DNA from: Octopus vulgaris
Taxonomy: Eukaryota
Direction of reading: 5' to 3'
DNA: 64,000 bases
Assembly (NCBI GenBank): GCA_951406725.2
Contig: OX597821.1
Coordinates: 97,526,001-97,590,000 of the forward strand
A model generated the notes under the pieces. That model was not told the DNA's origin. It searched no databases and saw nothing but the letters and a program-made list of their open reading frames with translations. The translations under genes and the position numbers were made by a program. This document shows, piece by piece, positions 38,471-49,450 of this stretch (positions within the stretch are counted from its first letter, which is position 1; each line of letters begins with the position of its first letter).

Positions 38471-38771
38471 ATTCCAGCAACAATGTAAGAAAGAGTGCAT
38501 TTATGTCTGTCAACTATATAAATAAGTGTGCATTTATACACCACAAGTCCATATTGGAATTCCTCTCAAGGTAAATAACAGTATTCCGTGTTTTAATACA
38601 TCTACATTAAGTTGGAGATAAAGATTACCTTCTGGAATTTATACTGTTTTTCTTGCTATATAGATATATAATATGTGTTTGAATTTGTGTGTGTGTATAT
38701 ATATATATATATATCATCATCATCATCATCATCATTTAACGTCCACTTAAATGATGATGATGATGATGATG

Positions 38772-38805
<34 letters not shown>

Positions 38806-39067
38806 ATATTATATATCTGATATCTATACATACATATACATATGTATATATATATGCTTTTATTTGTTCCAGTCATTTAACTGCAGGATTGCTGGAGCAC
38901 TACCTTTAGTCAACTAAATCGATTCCAGGACTTATTTTTTAAGCCTAGTACTTATTCTATCGGTCTCTTTTGCTGAAATGCAAAGTTACAGGGATGTGAA
39001 CACACCAATATCAGTTGTCAAGTGATGGTGCGGGGGTGCAAACACAGACACACAAACATACACACAC

Positions 39068-39099
<32 letters not shown>

Positions 39100-39104
<5 letters not shown>

Positions 39105-39995
39105 GATTCATAAGAATATGGTACTTAATTTAGTATGGTATTATCCATACAATTTCAAAGTAAGGTGATTACAATCAAAATAAGCAACAAGGATATCCAG
39201 AGGTAATGCAGTACGATCATTTCATGCAACTCCATTTAATTGAACATTGCAATCATTACATCAGTTTAAAATGCAGAGCAATCTTCAGCTGCACAAAGAC
39301 ATAGAATTTAATTAAATTAGAACAGATGGACAAATTAGTATAATTATACCTAAAATCTCCGAGAAGTTAAGGAGATAGACAAAGAACATGCTGTTCTGAC
39401 TCCAGCATAGAAGTTACTAAGCTTTTCAAGAAGATATACATTGTTACAGACTCTGCCTGTCAATGATTTTTTTTTTTTTGTTTTTATGAGGTCAGTTTTA
39501 ATTTCTTGACTAATTTATCAAAACCCTTGTATATCTAAGGCTGAGAGAACAGAGGGCAGTATCTGTTAGGGGTAGGGTTGAGGGGGCAGATAGATATCAT
39601 AGTTGGTATAGTCATAAGAATCAAGATTTATTAGAAGCAATATCATGAGGTTTGATAAAGGAAAACTTAAAACAAGATGTTAGCTGACAATTAAGGGGGT
39701 CACCTACTAGCAGACCATTGATAGTGAAACAAGGGAAGTCTTATCCTGTAGTACTTTAGTTAAGTATTTTAAACAATGTTTCTATATTGTATACAGTTAA
39801 CATTTAGGGTTATTCAGAGGATTATTAAGAAGAATATTATAACAAAAGGATAGAAATTTATGAATATTTTTGAGTATATACCAAACTTTTACCACGATAG
39901 AAGGAAGAAAAGAAATTATCCAGAAATAGTTTAATATTTATACATATTGTACACTTAAATACTAACTCATCACATGGTATCTGTGAATATTGATT
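39100..39995 (-). mobile_element. Decayed Penelope-like element 3' region
   Basis: Carries the 39207-39293 hammerhead and abuts (TA)n. Degenerate minus-strand coding remnant (FLDNFFSSFYRGKSLVY). Confidence 0.4.
39207..39293 (-). ncRNA. Type I hammerhead ribozyme motif, long stem II
   Basis: Minus strand: tgcag-CTGAAGA-[long hairpin]-GAAA-tgatcg-TA-ctgca. Perfect 5-bp stem I and intact core. Confidence 0.75.
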
Positions 39996-39999
39996 AATT

Positions 40000-40650
40000 G
40001 GTGTGCAAGAGAGATGACTGCGCTGGTATGGTCATGTAGCGAGAATGGATGAGGATAGCTATGTGAAAAAGTGCCACACCCTAGCAGTTGAGGGATCATG
40101 TGGAAGAGGTAGACCCAGGAAGATCTGGGATGAAGTGGTGAAGCACGACCTTCGAACTTTAGGCCTCACTAAGGAAATGACTAGTGACTGAGACTTTTGG
40201 AAATATGCTGTGCTTGAGAAGACCCGGCAAGTCAAATGAGACCATAACCTTGTGGCCTATGCCAGGGACGTAACCAGCCCACTTATACATACCTTTTCAT
40301 TCTTTGGACACTAAACTCTGCTTGCGAAGACCTGTTGAGGCAAGTGAAATCGAAATCAAAATCAAATTCAATGACTGGCATCCATGCTAGTGGAGTGCAA
40401 AGAGCACCATACAAATGTGATCATTGACAGAACAGCTAACCAGCTTCCATGCCAGTGGCACAAAAAAGGTACCATTCGAGTGTGATCATTACCAGCGTCA
40501 CCTTACTGGCACTTGTGCCCCATGCTAGTAGGGTACTAAGAGCACATCTGAGCAGGATCGTTGCCAGAGCAGCTAACTGGCTTCCGTGCTGGTGGCACAT
40601 AAAAGGTACCATTCGAGCGTGATTGTTACCAGCATCGCCATACTGGCACC
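40000..40650 (+). mobile_element. RTE-clade LINE 3' fragment
   Basis: [43 protein letters not shown]. Confidence 0.85.
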
Positions 40651-41127
40651 TGAGCTTGTGTCTGTGTAGATCCATCTGTGTATTCTCTCTCTTCTCTTCC
40701 CACATGACCGATCGGCCAGCCTGCTCTTTCTTTCTTGGTTTGACTGTGGTCCGTGCCACAACAATATTCTTCCCTGTGTTTGTGAAATTTTTGTATCTCT
40801 GCTGTAAGGCTTCATTTCCACACACGCCAGCTTAATTCAATTCATCTTTAGTCGAAAGACACCTGTTGTTATGTCCTGTTATTATTTTTATTGTATTTTT
40901 TATTGTATTTATATTTGTGTAACATTGTCCGTTTTTTCCGTCCTTGTTTTTGTATACATTCGCTGCTTACTTCCAAGGAATTCAATGCTCTTAGCTTAGT
41001 TTTTCCTTGGGGCTGGCCAGATTGGAGCAATCTCAAGAATAATCAGCTGAAATTGTGAGGATAATATGGTTCTTGAGTGAAAATAGAAAACTTCGAATGA
41101 CTTGTCCTTATTTTCTTTGTATTTTTT

Positions 41128-41553
41128 CACCAGCACAAGTGCCAGAAAGGTGACACTGGTAACTATCATGCTCAAATGGTGCTTTTTACGTGCCACTGGC
41201 ACGGAAGCAGTCTGCTACTCTGGAAACTATCACGCTTGGATGGCACTCCACTAGCACAGATGCCAGTCATCGAATTTGATTTCGATTTTGATTTCACTTG
41301 CCACAACAGGTCTTCGCAAGCAGAGTTTAGTGTCCAATGAAGGAAAGGTACACATAAGTGGGCTAGTTACAACCCTGGCATAGGCCACGGGTTATGGTCT
41401 CACTTGGCTTGCCAGGTGTTCTCAAGCACAGCATATTTCCAAAGGTCTCGGTCACTAGTCATTGCCTCAGTGGCAATGTTTGAAGGTCGAAATGTTTGAA
41501 GGTCGTGCTTCACCACTTCATCCTAGGTCTTCCACAGGTTCCCTCAACCGCTG
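41128..41553 (-). mobile_element. RTE 3' fragment, inverted relative to 40000-40650
   Basis: Reverse complement of about 40085-40520. Confidence 0.85.
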
Positions 41554-41606
41554 GGATATATATATATATATATATATATACACATGTGTATGTGTGTGTG
41601 CATGTT

Positions 41607-41648
<42 letters not shown>

Positions 41649-42643
41649 TATACACACACATTTGTATATATATTTATATATAAACATGTATATGTATATA
41701 TATGACTATTTTTTTATATAGATATCTATGTGTCCATATATGTGCATTCCTCAGTCTTCATTCTATAAATTTTGAATTGGTTTTTAATAAAGGATACATG
41801 ACTAAACAACTTGTTTTAATGTAATTTTTTCATACACTCTCACACATGCACATATTCATACTTCATCATTTTTTTAAATGTATAAGCTTATAGGACAGAT
41901 TTTTTCTATGGTCAGATGTCTTTCCTGTTGCCAACCTGTACTTGTTCCCAAGCAGTGTAATAATATCCCAGTCTGTCAAACAATATACAGCCTGAACATG
42001 CAATCACAGTGGGCTATAAGCAAACATGCACATCAACAAAGCTATTGTTCAGAACCAGTAAGCCTACACATTTGAAGACAAGGAAACTACAAACTGATTC
42101 ACTCAAACACCCAACCCCACTCACACACATACACACACACATGTACATATATGGTGTTCGGGCTGCATAAGACAGAAAGAAAACAGCATCTTATAACAAG
42201 CAGACTGGCTCATTAAGATAATCTCTATAAGTGATGAAAGCAGTATTTTAGAAGTAATGTTTATCACCACCTAAACATGAGCGTTCTCTAAGAACAGATG
42301 ATACTGCTATTTTAACCCACAGGAGGACACCTTTTCCAGCTGGTTATTCAGTGCACTCCGCACTTGTGCTCTCTCTCTCATTAAATTATTATAGAACTTA
42401 ACCGAATGCCAGACCGATCAAAAACAGACATTTGCAGTTACTGATGGTAATTGCAAATGTCGTTAACAAGTATTTATAAAGTGTGAATTGTCATTTGAAT
42501 TAACACTGAAGTGTATTTATATATTTTTCTGTTTTTGATCAGTCTGGCTTTCGGTTAACTGCTTTCTATCATAATTTAAGTGTTTGCTCATTTCTGGGCT
42601 ATTGTAAAGGTTTTTATATTTTTGTTGGTTGAATTCATTTATT

Positions 42644-42752
42644 CCAATAATGAATTCCTGAGGGAAAGCCTAATTTGTGATTTCAAAAAGATTATATTTT
42701 GTTTTATTTTGAATTAATTCGGCCTGGAAACAACTTGTAGAGTTTTTATTGG
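42644..42752 (+). ncRNA. Hammerhead-like motif, long stem II, degenerate core
   Basis: ccaataa.tg.aattc-CTGAGGG(A)-aagcc...ttcaaaa...ttttgaa...ggcctg-GAAA-caacttg-TA-gagtt.t.ttattgg. Confidence 0.6.
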
Positions 42753-42814
42753 ATATATGTACCAACTTGGAATAAAGTAATGTCAACACTTCTATTTTTC
42801 CTTTCCTCATTATC

Positions 42815-42872
<58 letters not shown>

Positions 42873-42881
42873 TAAACATTA

Positions 42882-42914
42882 TATCATGAATAGCAATTGC
42901 GAAACCGGTTGATA
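42882..42914 (+). ncRNA. Degenerate minimal hammerhead remnant
   Basis: tatc-ATGAATA-gc/aatt/gc-GAAACCGGTT-gata. The palindromic ACCGGT stem III is typical of Penelope minimal hammerheads. Two core mismatches. Confidence 0.45.
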
Positions 42915-42969
42915 CATTAAAAATTATATTATTACCTTGTAAGTGTGCATATTTTCCTTTTTTTATTTT

Positions 42970-43013
<44 letters not shown>

Positions 43014-43049
43014 GGAATAGTTACTGTGAAGTATTGTGTAGAATATATT

Positions 43050-43311
43050 GTATAAAGGATCGTGGTTAAAGCCAGAACAATGTGAAATAAATGCAAGGCA
43101 AATCATAAGAAAACAAACATGAATTAATGTAGAACTATATATGAATTAATGTGACACACACATATGCACATCTGCAACATTAATTTTCTGGGGATGGGGT
43201 CATAACCCCGAAATATTGAATGCAAGGTAAGTCTACATTAATTCATCTATTTGTTTTCTTGTGATTTGCCTTGCATTTATTTCACATTGTTCTGGCCTTA
43301 ACCACGATCCT

Positions 43312-43316
<5 letters not shown>
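43050..43316. repeat. Inverted repeat (~85-bp arms)
   Basis: tataaaggatcgtggttaaagccagaacaatg... pairs with ...cattgttctggccttaaccacgatcctttata. Confidence 0.9.
43184..43221 (+). ncRNA. Degenerate minimal hammerhead motif in the loop of an inverted repeat
   Basis: tttt-CTGGGGA-t-gggg/tcataa/cccc-GAAA-ta-TT-gaat. Confidence 0.4.
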
Positions 43317-43355
<39 letters not shown>

Positions 43356-43609
43356 CAATATGAGGGGATATTATTCCAAACTTTCGAGGAAAAATTCAAT
43401 TTAGAAATACTAAATCAAATTTCACAAAATATAATATATATATATATGAATTAGAAAAAAAAACACCTTTTATCAATTCAATAAAGAAAATATAAGATTA
43501 TACCATTTAGAAAAATTACATCTTATAGAAAGATTAAATATAAGATAAAACATATACCAATGATTAAGTAATAATTAATTAATAAATAAAACGTATATAT
43601 TTGGTAGAA

Positions 43610-43687
43610 TAACTACATGTGTTTCTTGGCTGTATTTAAGAAATGATAATAGTAAAATATACTTCAATATAGCCACTCTTCAGGTTA
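43610..43687 (-). ncRNA. Type I hammerhead ribozyme motif, long stem II
   Basis: Minus strand: taac-CTGAAGA-g.tggct...agcca.a-GAAA-cacatg-TA-gtta. Intact core with a GUA cleavage triplet. Confidence 0.75.
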
Positions 43688-44077
43688 AAGATAAAAACAA
43701 TGAAATAATTAATTAGATAAATTAATAAATATACGTATATAATCTTGTAAAATACTAAATATCTTAACAAATATATTCTTGTGTAAATAAGAAAATAGAA
43801 TAAAAAGTTATAAATATTTATCATATCTATAAAAATAAAATTTTAACATATAAAAGAAAAGAATAATAAACTATAATATATCATTATTATTAGGAAATAA
43901 AATACAATTAATTAAAATATTTAAAATAAATAAATATATACATATACTACAAAATATATATTAAGTGAAAACTAAATACTATAATTAATTTATTTATTTA
44001 TTTAATAAACATCTAAATAAAATCTTAAACTCATTAAGTAATTTATATTAAAAAACTTAATGTCAAGTAATATATAT

Positions 44078-44466
44078 AGGCACAGGAATGGCTGTGTGGT
44101 AAGTAGCTTGTTTACCAACCACATTGTTCCGGGTTCAGTCCCACTGCGTGGCACCTTGGGCAAGTGTCTTCTACTATAGCCCCGGGCCGACCAAAGCCTT
44201 GTGAGTGGATTTGGCAGACGGAAACTGAAAGAAGCCTGTTGTATATATGCGTGTGTTTGTGTGTCTGTGTTTGTCCCCCTAGCATTGCTTGACAACCGAT
44301 GCTGGTGTGTTTATGTCCCCGTTACTTAGCGGTTTGGCAAAAGAGACCGATAGAATAAGTACTGGGCTTACAAAAGAATAAGTCCCGGGGTCGAGTTGCT
44401 TGATTAAAGGCGGTGCTCCAGCATGGCCGCAGTCAAATGACTCAAACAAGTAAAAGAGTAAAGAGT
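44078..44466 (+). mobile_element. SINE family A copy nested in an AT-rich inverted-repeat element
   Basis: Identity to 25153-25557. Confidence 0.9.
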
Positions 44467-45017
44467 ATAGTGCTAGTACAGGCTATAAATATTAAAATTA
44501 AAAATAAGAAATGGTTCAAATATATACACACCTATTATATAAGCTAACTATATTATTAATAAATATGTAGTATCTATAGATTTAATATTTTACTCAATTA
44601 TACAGTTGACCAAAATATCAATTAATATTAAACTTAGTTACTTAAATGTAATACTACATAATAAATAGACCACCTAACTATTAAATAATATATTGTCTTA
44701 CAAAACTATTTCTCAAATTAAATGATATGTAATACGTTAAATATATATGTTTTATTTATTTATTATTTTGCACATTACTTAATCATTGGTATATGTTTTA
44801 TCTTATATTTAATCTTTCTATAAGATGTAATTTTTCTAAATGGTATTATTTAACTTTTTCATTATTGAATTGATAAAAGGTGTTTTTTTTCTAATTTATA
44901 TATATATATATATAATAATAATAAAGGGTGAAATTAATTAATTAAGAAGTAATCAGTAATTCCACCAAGTAGGATTCGGCATGAAAGGGACCATTTCATG
45001 GTAAGTTTAAGTAATAC

Positions 45018-45270
45018 TATATAATTAGGTTTCAGCTACGATTTGCTTCACCACATACCGAAGTTTAGAAATAGCAGTCAAAAAATCTTAGCTATTCCTT
45101 CTACTTTAAAGGGAGTTCCCAGAAAAACCAAAGCACTTGAGAGTGCTTCAAGTGCTTTGGTTTTTCTGGGAACTCCCTTTAAAGTAGAAGGAATAGCTAA
45201 GATTTTTGGACTGCTATTTCTAAACTTCGGTATGTGGTGAAGCAAATCGTAGCTGAACCCTAATTATATA
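45018..45270. repeat. Near-perfect ~250-bp palindrome
   Basis: Arms of about 120 bp with only a few mismatches. 7-nt spacer gagtgct at 45141-45147. Confidence 0.95.
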
Positions 45271-45281
45271 ATTGCCCAAAC

Positions 45282-45393
45282 TTTACCATCATTTTTAATG
45301 CATTTTTTGGCTATTTTTTGGCTATAACTCTCTAAAAATGCTCATATAGTTATTTCCCTTACAAACCCAAGCAACGCCGGGCGATACTGCTAG
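45282..45393 (+). mobile_element. Helitron 3' fragment, tail-to-tail with the 45404 copy
   Basis: Ends gcaacgccgggcgatactgctag. Confidence 0.8.
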
Positions 45394-45403
45394 TATATAT
45401 ATA

Positions 45404-45777
45404 CTAGCAGTATTGCCCGGCGTTGCTCGGGTTTGTAAGGGAAATAACTATAAAGCATTTTTAGAGAGTTATAGCCAAAAAATGGAAAAAAAATTATGGT
45501 AAATTTTTTTTTGAGAGTTAAAACGGTCGAGTTGCGTCCCCTAGACAGTCTGTGGTTTGTGTTACTGATTCTCGACCCCATGTCGAATTTATCGATTTTT
45601 TTCAGAACTGGGGGAACTTTTCAAAATTTTCTCTGCGTTAGTTTTGAATTATGACATTGGGCTATGTGTGTGTTAAGTTTCATCAGAATCGGTTGAAAGC
45701 CGTGGTCAGGGTGAGGGTACAAGCTAACAGACACACAGAAACACACAGAGACAAACTGCCATTTATATAGTGAGAGA
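45404..45777 (-). mobile_element. Non-autonomous Helitron
   Basis: On the minus strand it starts TC and ends with the hairpin cccgagcaacgccggg followed by CTAG, between A and T. Confidence 0.85.
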
Positions 45778-45926
45778 TATATAAGCACATACATACACAC
45801 ACATTTATTTATAAAGAGAAGCCAAATTTTAAAGAAAAGTGGAAAGCTTCTGAAAAAGCAGAAAGTTTATAAAACCTTCATATTGAGAAACAAACTCCTA
45901 ACCATACAAATATGTCTGCACATTAG

Positions 45927-45962
<36 letters not shown>

Positions 45963-46399
45963 AACACAGATGTGACAGCAATAACAGTGCCAAATAGTGT
46001 TTAGGCATAAGTGAACTTTAAGTCAGATAAAATATGTTTGTGATATATTGTGAATTTGCCTTCACAGACATATTTTAACTAACCTAAAGTTCACATCTCT
46101 TTCTCTCTATGTATGTAGATATATATGTATATAAAATTTTTTCTGTAATAAGTTAAAATATCAAGGCTGTGTAGATTTTTTATCTTATTACGTAAAAAAA
46201 AACTTTTGATATACATTTATATACACATGCTGATATATGACCTATGTTGGACCCCTTATTCGCATAATCACAGAACCTGGAACTTAACTATAGTCTATCC
46301 ATAGCACTTACTCACCATTACCTGACACCTTTGGGTCTCACTGACACCATTACCTCTCATAACCTCTAAAAATATATATATATATAAATATATGCATGT

Positions 46400-46693
46400 C
46401 TGTGGAGGCACAGTGGTTAGAGCAGCGGACTCGCGGTCGAGGGATCGCGGGTTCGAATCTCAGACCGGGCGATGTGTGTTTATGAGCGAAACATCTAAGC
46501 TCCACGCAGCTCCAGCAGAAGGTAATGGCGAACTTCTGCTGACTCTTTCGCCACAACTTTCTCTCACTCTTTTCTCCTGCGTGTAGCAGCTCACCTGCGA
46601 CGGACCGGCGTCCCGTCCAGGTGGGGAACCTATACGCCAAGAAACCAGGAAACCGGCCCTTATGAGCCAGGCATGGCTCGAGAAGGAACAAAC
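46400..46693 (+). mobile_element. tRNA-derived SINE (OR-type, different tail)
   Basis: Head related to the 7132 copy, box B ggttcgaatc, distinct 3' half. TSD atatgcatgt. Confidence 0.85.
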
Positions 46694-47102
46694 ATATGCA
46701 TGTATGTATAAGTGTGTGTGTAGGGGTGTGTTTACAGAAAATCTCACTGACAAGGAATTGGTTATTTTGAGGCTGTTGTAGAACAAACTTGTCCAAAGAA
46801 TAAATACAGAGGGATCAAGCTGGACGTGAGGTGGTGATGAAGTGAAGTTAACCACACAGTCAGCGTTTGCCAGGAATGTTACTTTGAGTATATTATAGTT
46901 ATTATAGTTTGCCTTATGGAGTCCTTTTGTAAGAGTTATATTCTTCAGCTGCAAGCCTGGAGGAATGTGTGTCTACTAGGAAGTCTTGTTCAAAATGGTG
47001 TAGGCTTACCTTTTATTGATATGGCTACAGATAAACCTGCCAGGAGGAGCGCTGAAACAGAAATAAAACATGTCAAAATATACCAGTGAGTTGTATTAAC
47101 AA

Positions 47103-47489
47103 CTAGCAGTATCGCCCGGCGTTGCTCAGGTTTGTAAGGGAAATAACTATAAAGCATCTTTAGAGAGTTATAGCCAAAAAATAGCAAAAAAATGGGAAAA
47201 AAATGATGGTAAATTTTTTTTTGAGAGTAAAAAAAGGTTGAGTTGCGTCCCCTAGACAGTCTGTGGTTTGTTTTTTTTTATTCTCGACCCCATGTCGAAT
47301 TTATCGATTTTTTTCAGAACTGGGGGAACTTTTCAAAATTTTCGCTGCGTTAGTTTTGAATTATGACATTGGGCTATGCGTGTGTCAAGTTTCATCAGAA
47401 TCGGTTGAAAGCCGTGGTCAGGGTGAGGGTACGAGAAAACAGACACACAGAAACACGCACAGACAAACTGCCGTTTATATATAGAGAGA
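47103..47489 (-). mobile_element. Non-autonomous Helitron, second copy
   Basis: Colinear with 45404-45777, same TC/CTAG termini. Confidence 0.85.
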
Positions 47490-47759
47490 TATACTGCAAA
47501 TGTACTCTCTAGAGAGATGACCAGAAACGTCACTGCTACAATCACTCATTCTTCCATTATTCCCTCTTTTGTTCTTTATGAATAATATCCTTCAACCTCA
47601 TTCTCTCCCATAACTCTCTCACCCATCACTCATTCTCTTCTAGTATTCTTCTATTACTCTGTTGCTCTCCTCTCACTTTCCATCTGAAACTCATTTCACT
47701 TTCTCTCTTTCGTTCCATCCTCTCACTCTTGTCAGTCATATTCACGTTCTGTTATTCTT

Positions 47760-48112
47760 CGTTACCATGGTTGCTGACAGTGCCATGTGAAGGGCACCTG
47801 CAAATCATTGTGGTCATTGATGGTGCCCTTCACATGGCAACCATGAATCATAGTCATGGTTGCTGCCAGTGCCATGTAAATGGCACCCACGCATTGTAGT
47901 CATAGCCGTTGTTGGTGCCATGGAGATGGCACCCTTGAATCATAGTCGTGGTTATTGCACGTAAAAACACCTGTCACACTCATGGAATGGTTGGTGTTAG
48001 AAAGGGCATCCAGCCATAGAAACCATGCCAAATCAGACTGGAACCAGCTTATCAGCTCCAGTCAAATCATCTAACCTATGCCAGTATCGGGAGTGGACAT
48101 TAAATGATGATC
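47760..48112 (+). mobile_element. Old RTE 3' end with degenerate tandem units
   Basis: Repeated catggttgctg..cagtgccatg..ggcacc, then an RTE tail. Confidence 0.65.
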
Positions 48113-49450
48113 ATCATCATCATCATTATCACCTCATTCTGGTTCTCTCTCACCACTATCCCTTCAGCTTGTCATGGGCGAGACAAATTCTGATTCAAAT
48201 GAACAAAAGATCAAAGACAATTTAGTCTTGCAAGGAACAATTCAACCTCTTTATTGTTTGAGCTTTGAAAAATACATCCAATCTCTCTGGCTGGCAAACA
48301 AATGTTCCCTTCATTTTCAACCTTTCATGAAGGCATGTTTGGCCATGGGAAAATATTACTTTGCTTGGAACAGGTGAGGGTTGATGACAGGAAAGGTGTC
48401 CAATTGTAGAAAAACCCACCTCAATAAATTCTGTCTGGCCTGCCCAATACAAGGATAGAACAGTTGAGAAGTAGATGTTAAATGGCAACAACAATGACAA
48501 TGATGATGGCATCAATGATGACGATAAGAACATTGACAGCAATGGATGTTGTGACAACAACAGTGGCGACAGTAACAACAACAACAATACAGGTTTAAAT
48601 GAATGTATGTATGTATGTATGTATGTATACACACACACACACGTACATGCAATAAAGTAGTACACATGTACAGGTTAGTCTACTGCACTGTCTGCTGACC
48701 AACAAAACTTCTACTGGCCATTAAAGCAGCAGGGTGAGGAGGGAGGGTGTCATCATACCATATTTATTTCAATTAGCTGAGGCTGACAAACAGATGATAT
48801 GTAATTCGTATTGCAAATCAATGTCTGGTAAAAACCTGCAATATTCCTCAACATAATAGGCCTACTTCCATTTCATCAACTTGTCTGTCATGCATCAAAC
48901 ATAAGTTCCGGATTGGCCAGTTTAAAACAAGATATCCAAGCTGTTACAGCTATTATTAGGCTACACTAAGAGTTGCTGAGAAACTTTTTTGGTAAAACTG
49001 TCAATAATCCAATGATTTTCTGCAAGCTTAATCTTGTTTACCAGTTTTCTGTCTATCTTAAAGTATAATAGTTAAATTGACTTTTATCAACATTTAATTG
49101 ACCGGACATTAATAAGCAAAGCTGTTGCTGTAAAGAAAGAGATGCATATATGCATATGAATGGGTGGGTGGAGTCTTCTGTGCATGTACACATGTAATGT
49201 GCATGTATCCCATGTGTGGGTCTGTAGTTAAGAAGCTTGCTTCCAAACCATGGGGTTCAGTCCTTAGGCAAATGTCTTCTACACTAGACCTGGGCTCACT
49301 AAAGCCCTTTGAGTGAATCTGATAGACACAAAGTGAAAGAAACTTATAGTGTGTGTATATATATATATGTGTGTATGTGTGTGTATATGTATGCATATAT
49401 GTGTATGTATGTATGCATGTGTATGTATGTGCGTGTATACTCACATACAC

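Larger units (their letters stand above)
43440..44905. repeat. Long inverted repeat (~160-bp arms) around an AT-rich core
   Basis: aattagaaaaaaaaacaccttttatcaattcaat...ccaatgattaagtaat pairs with about 44740-44900. Confidence 0.85.
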
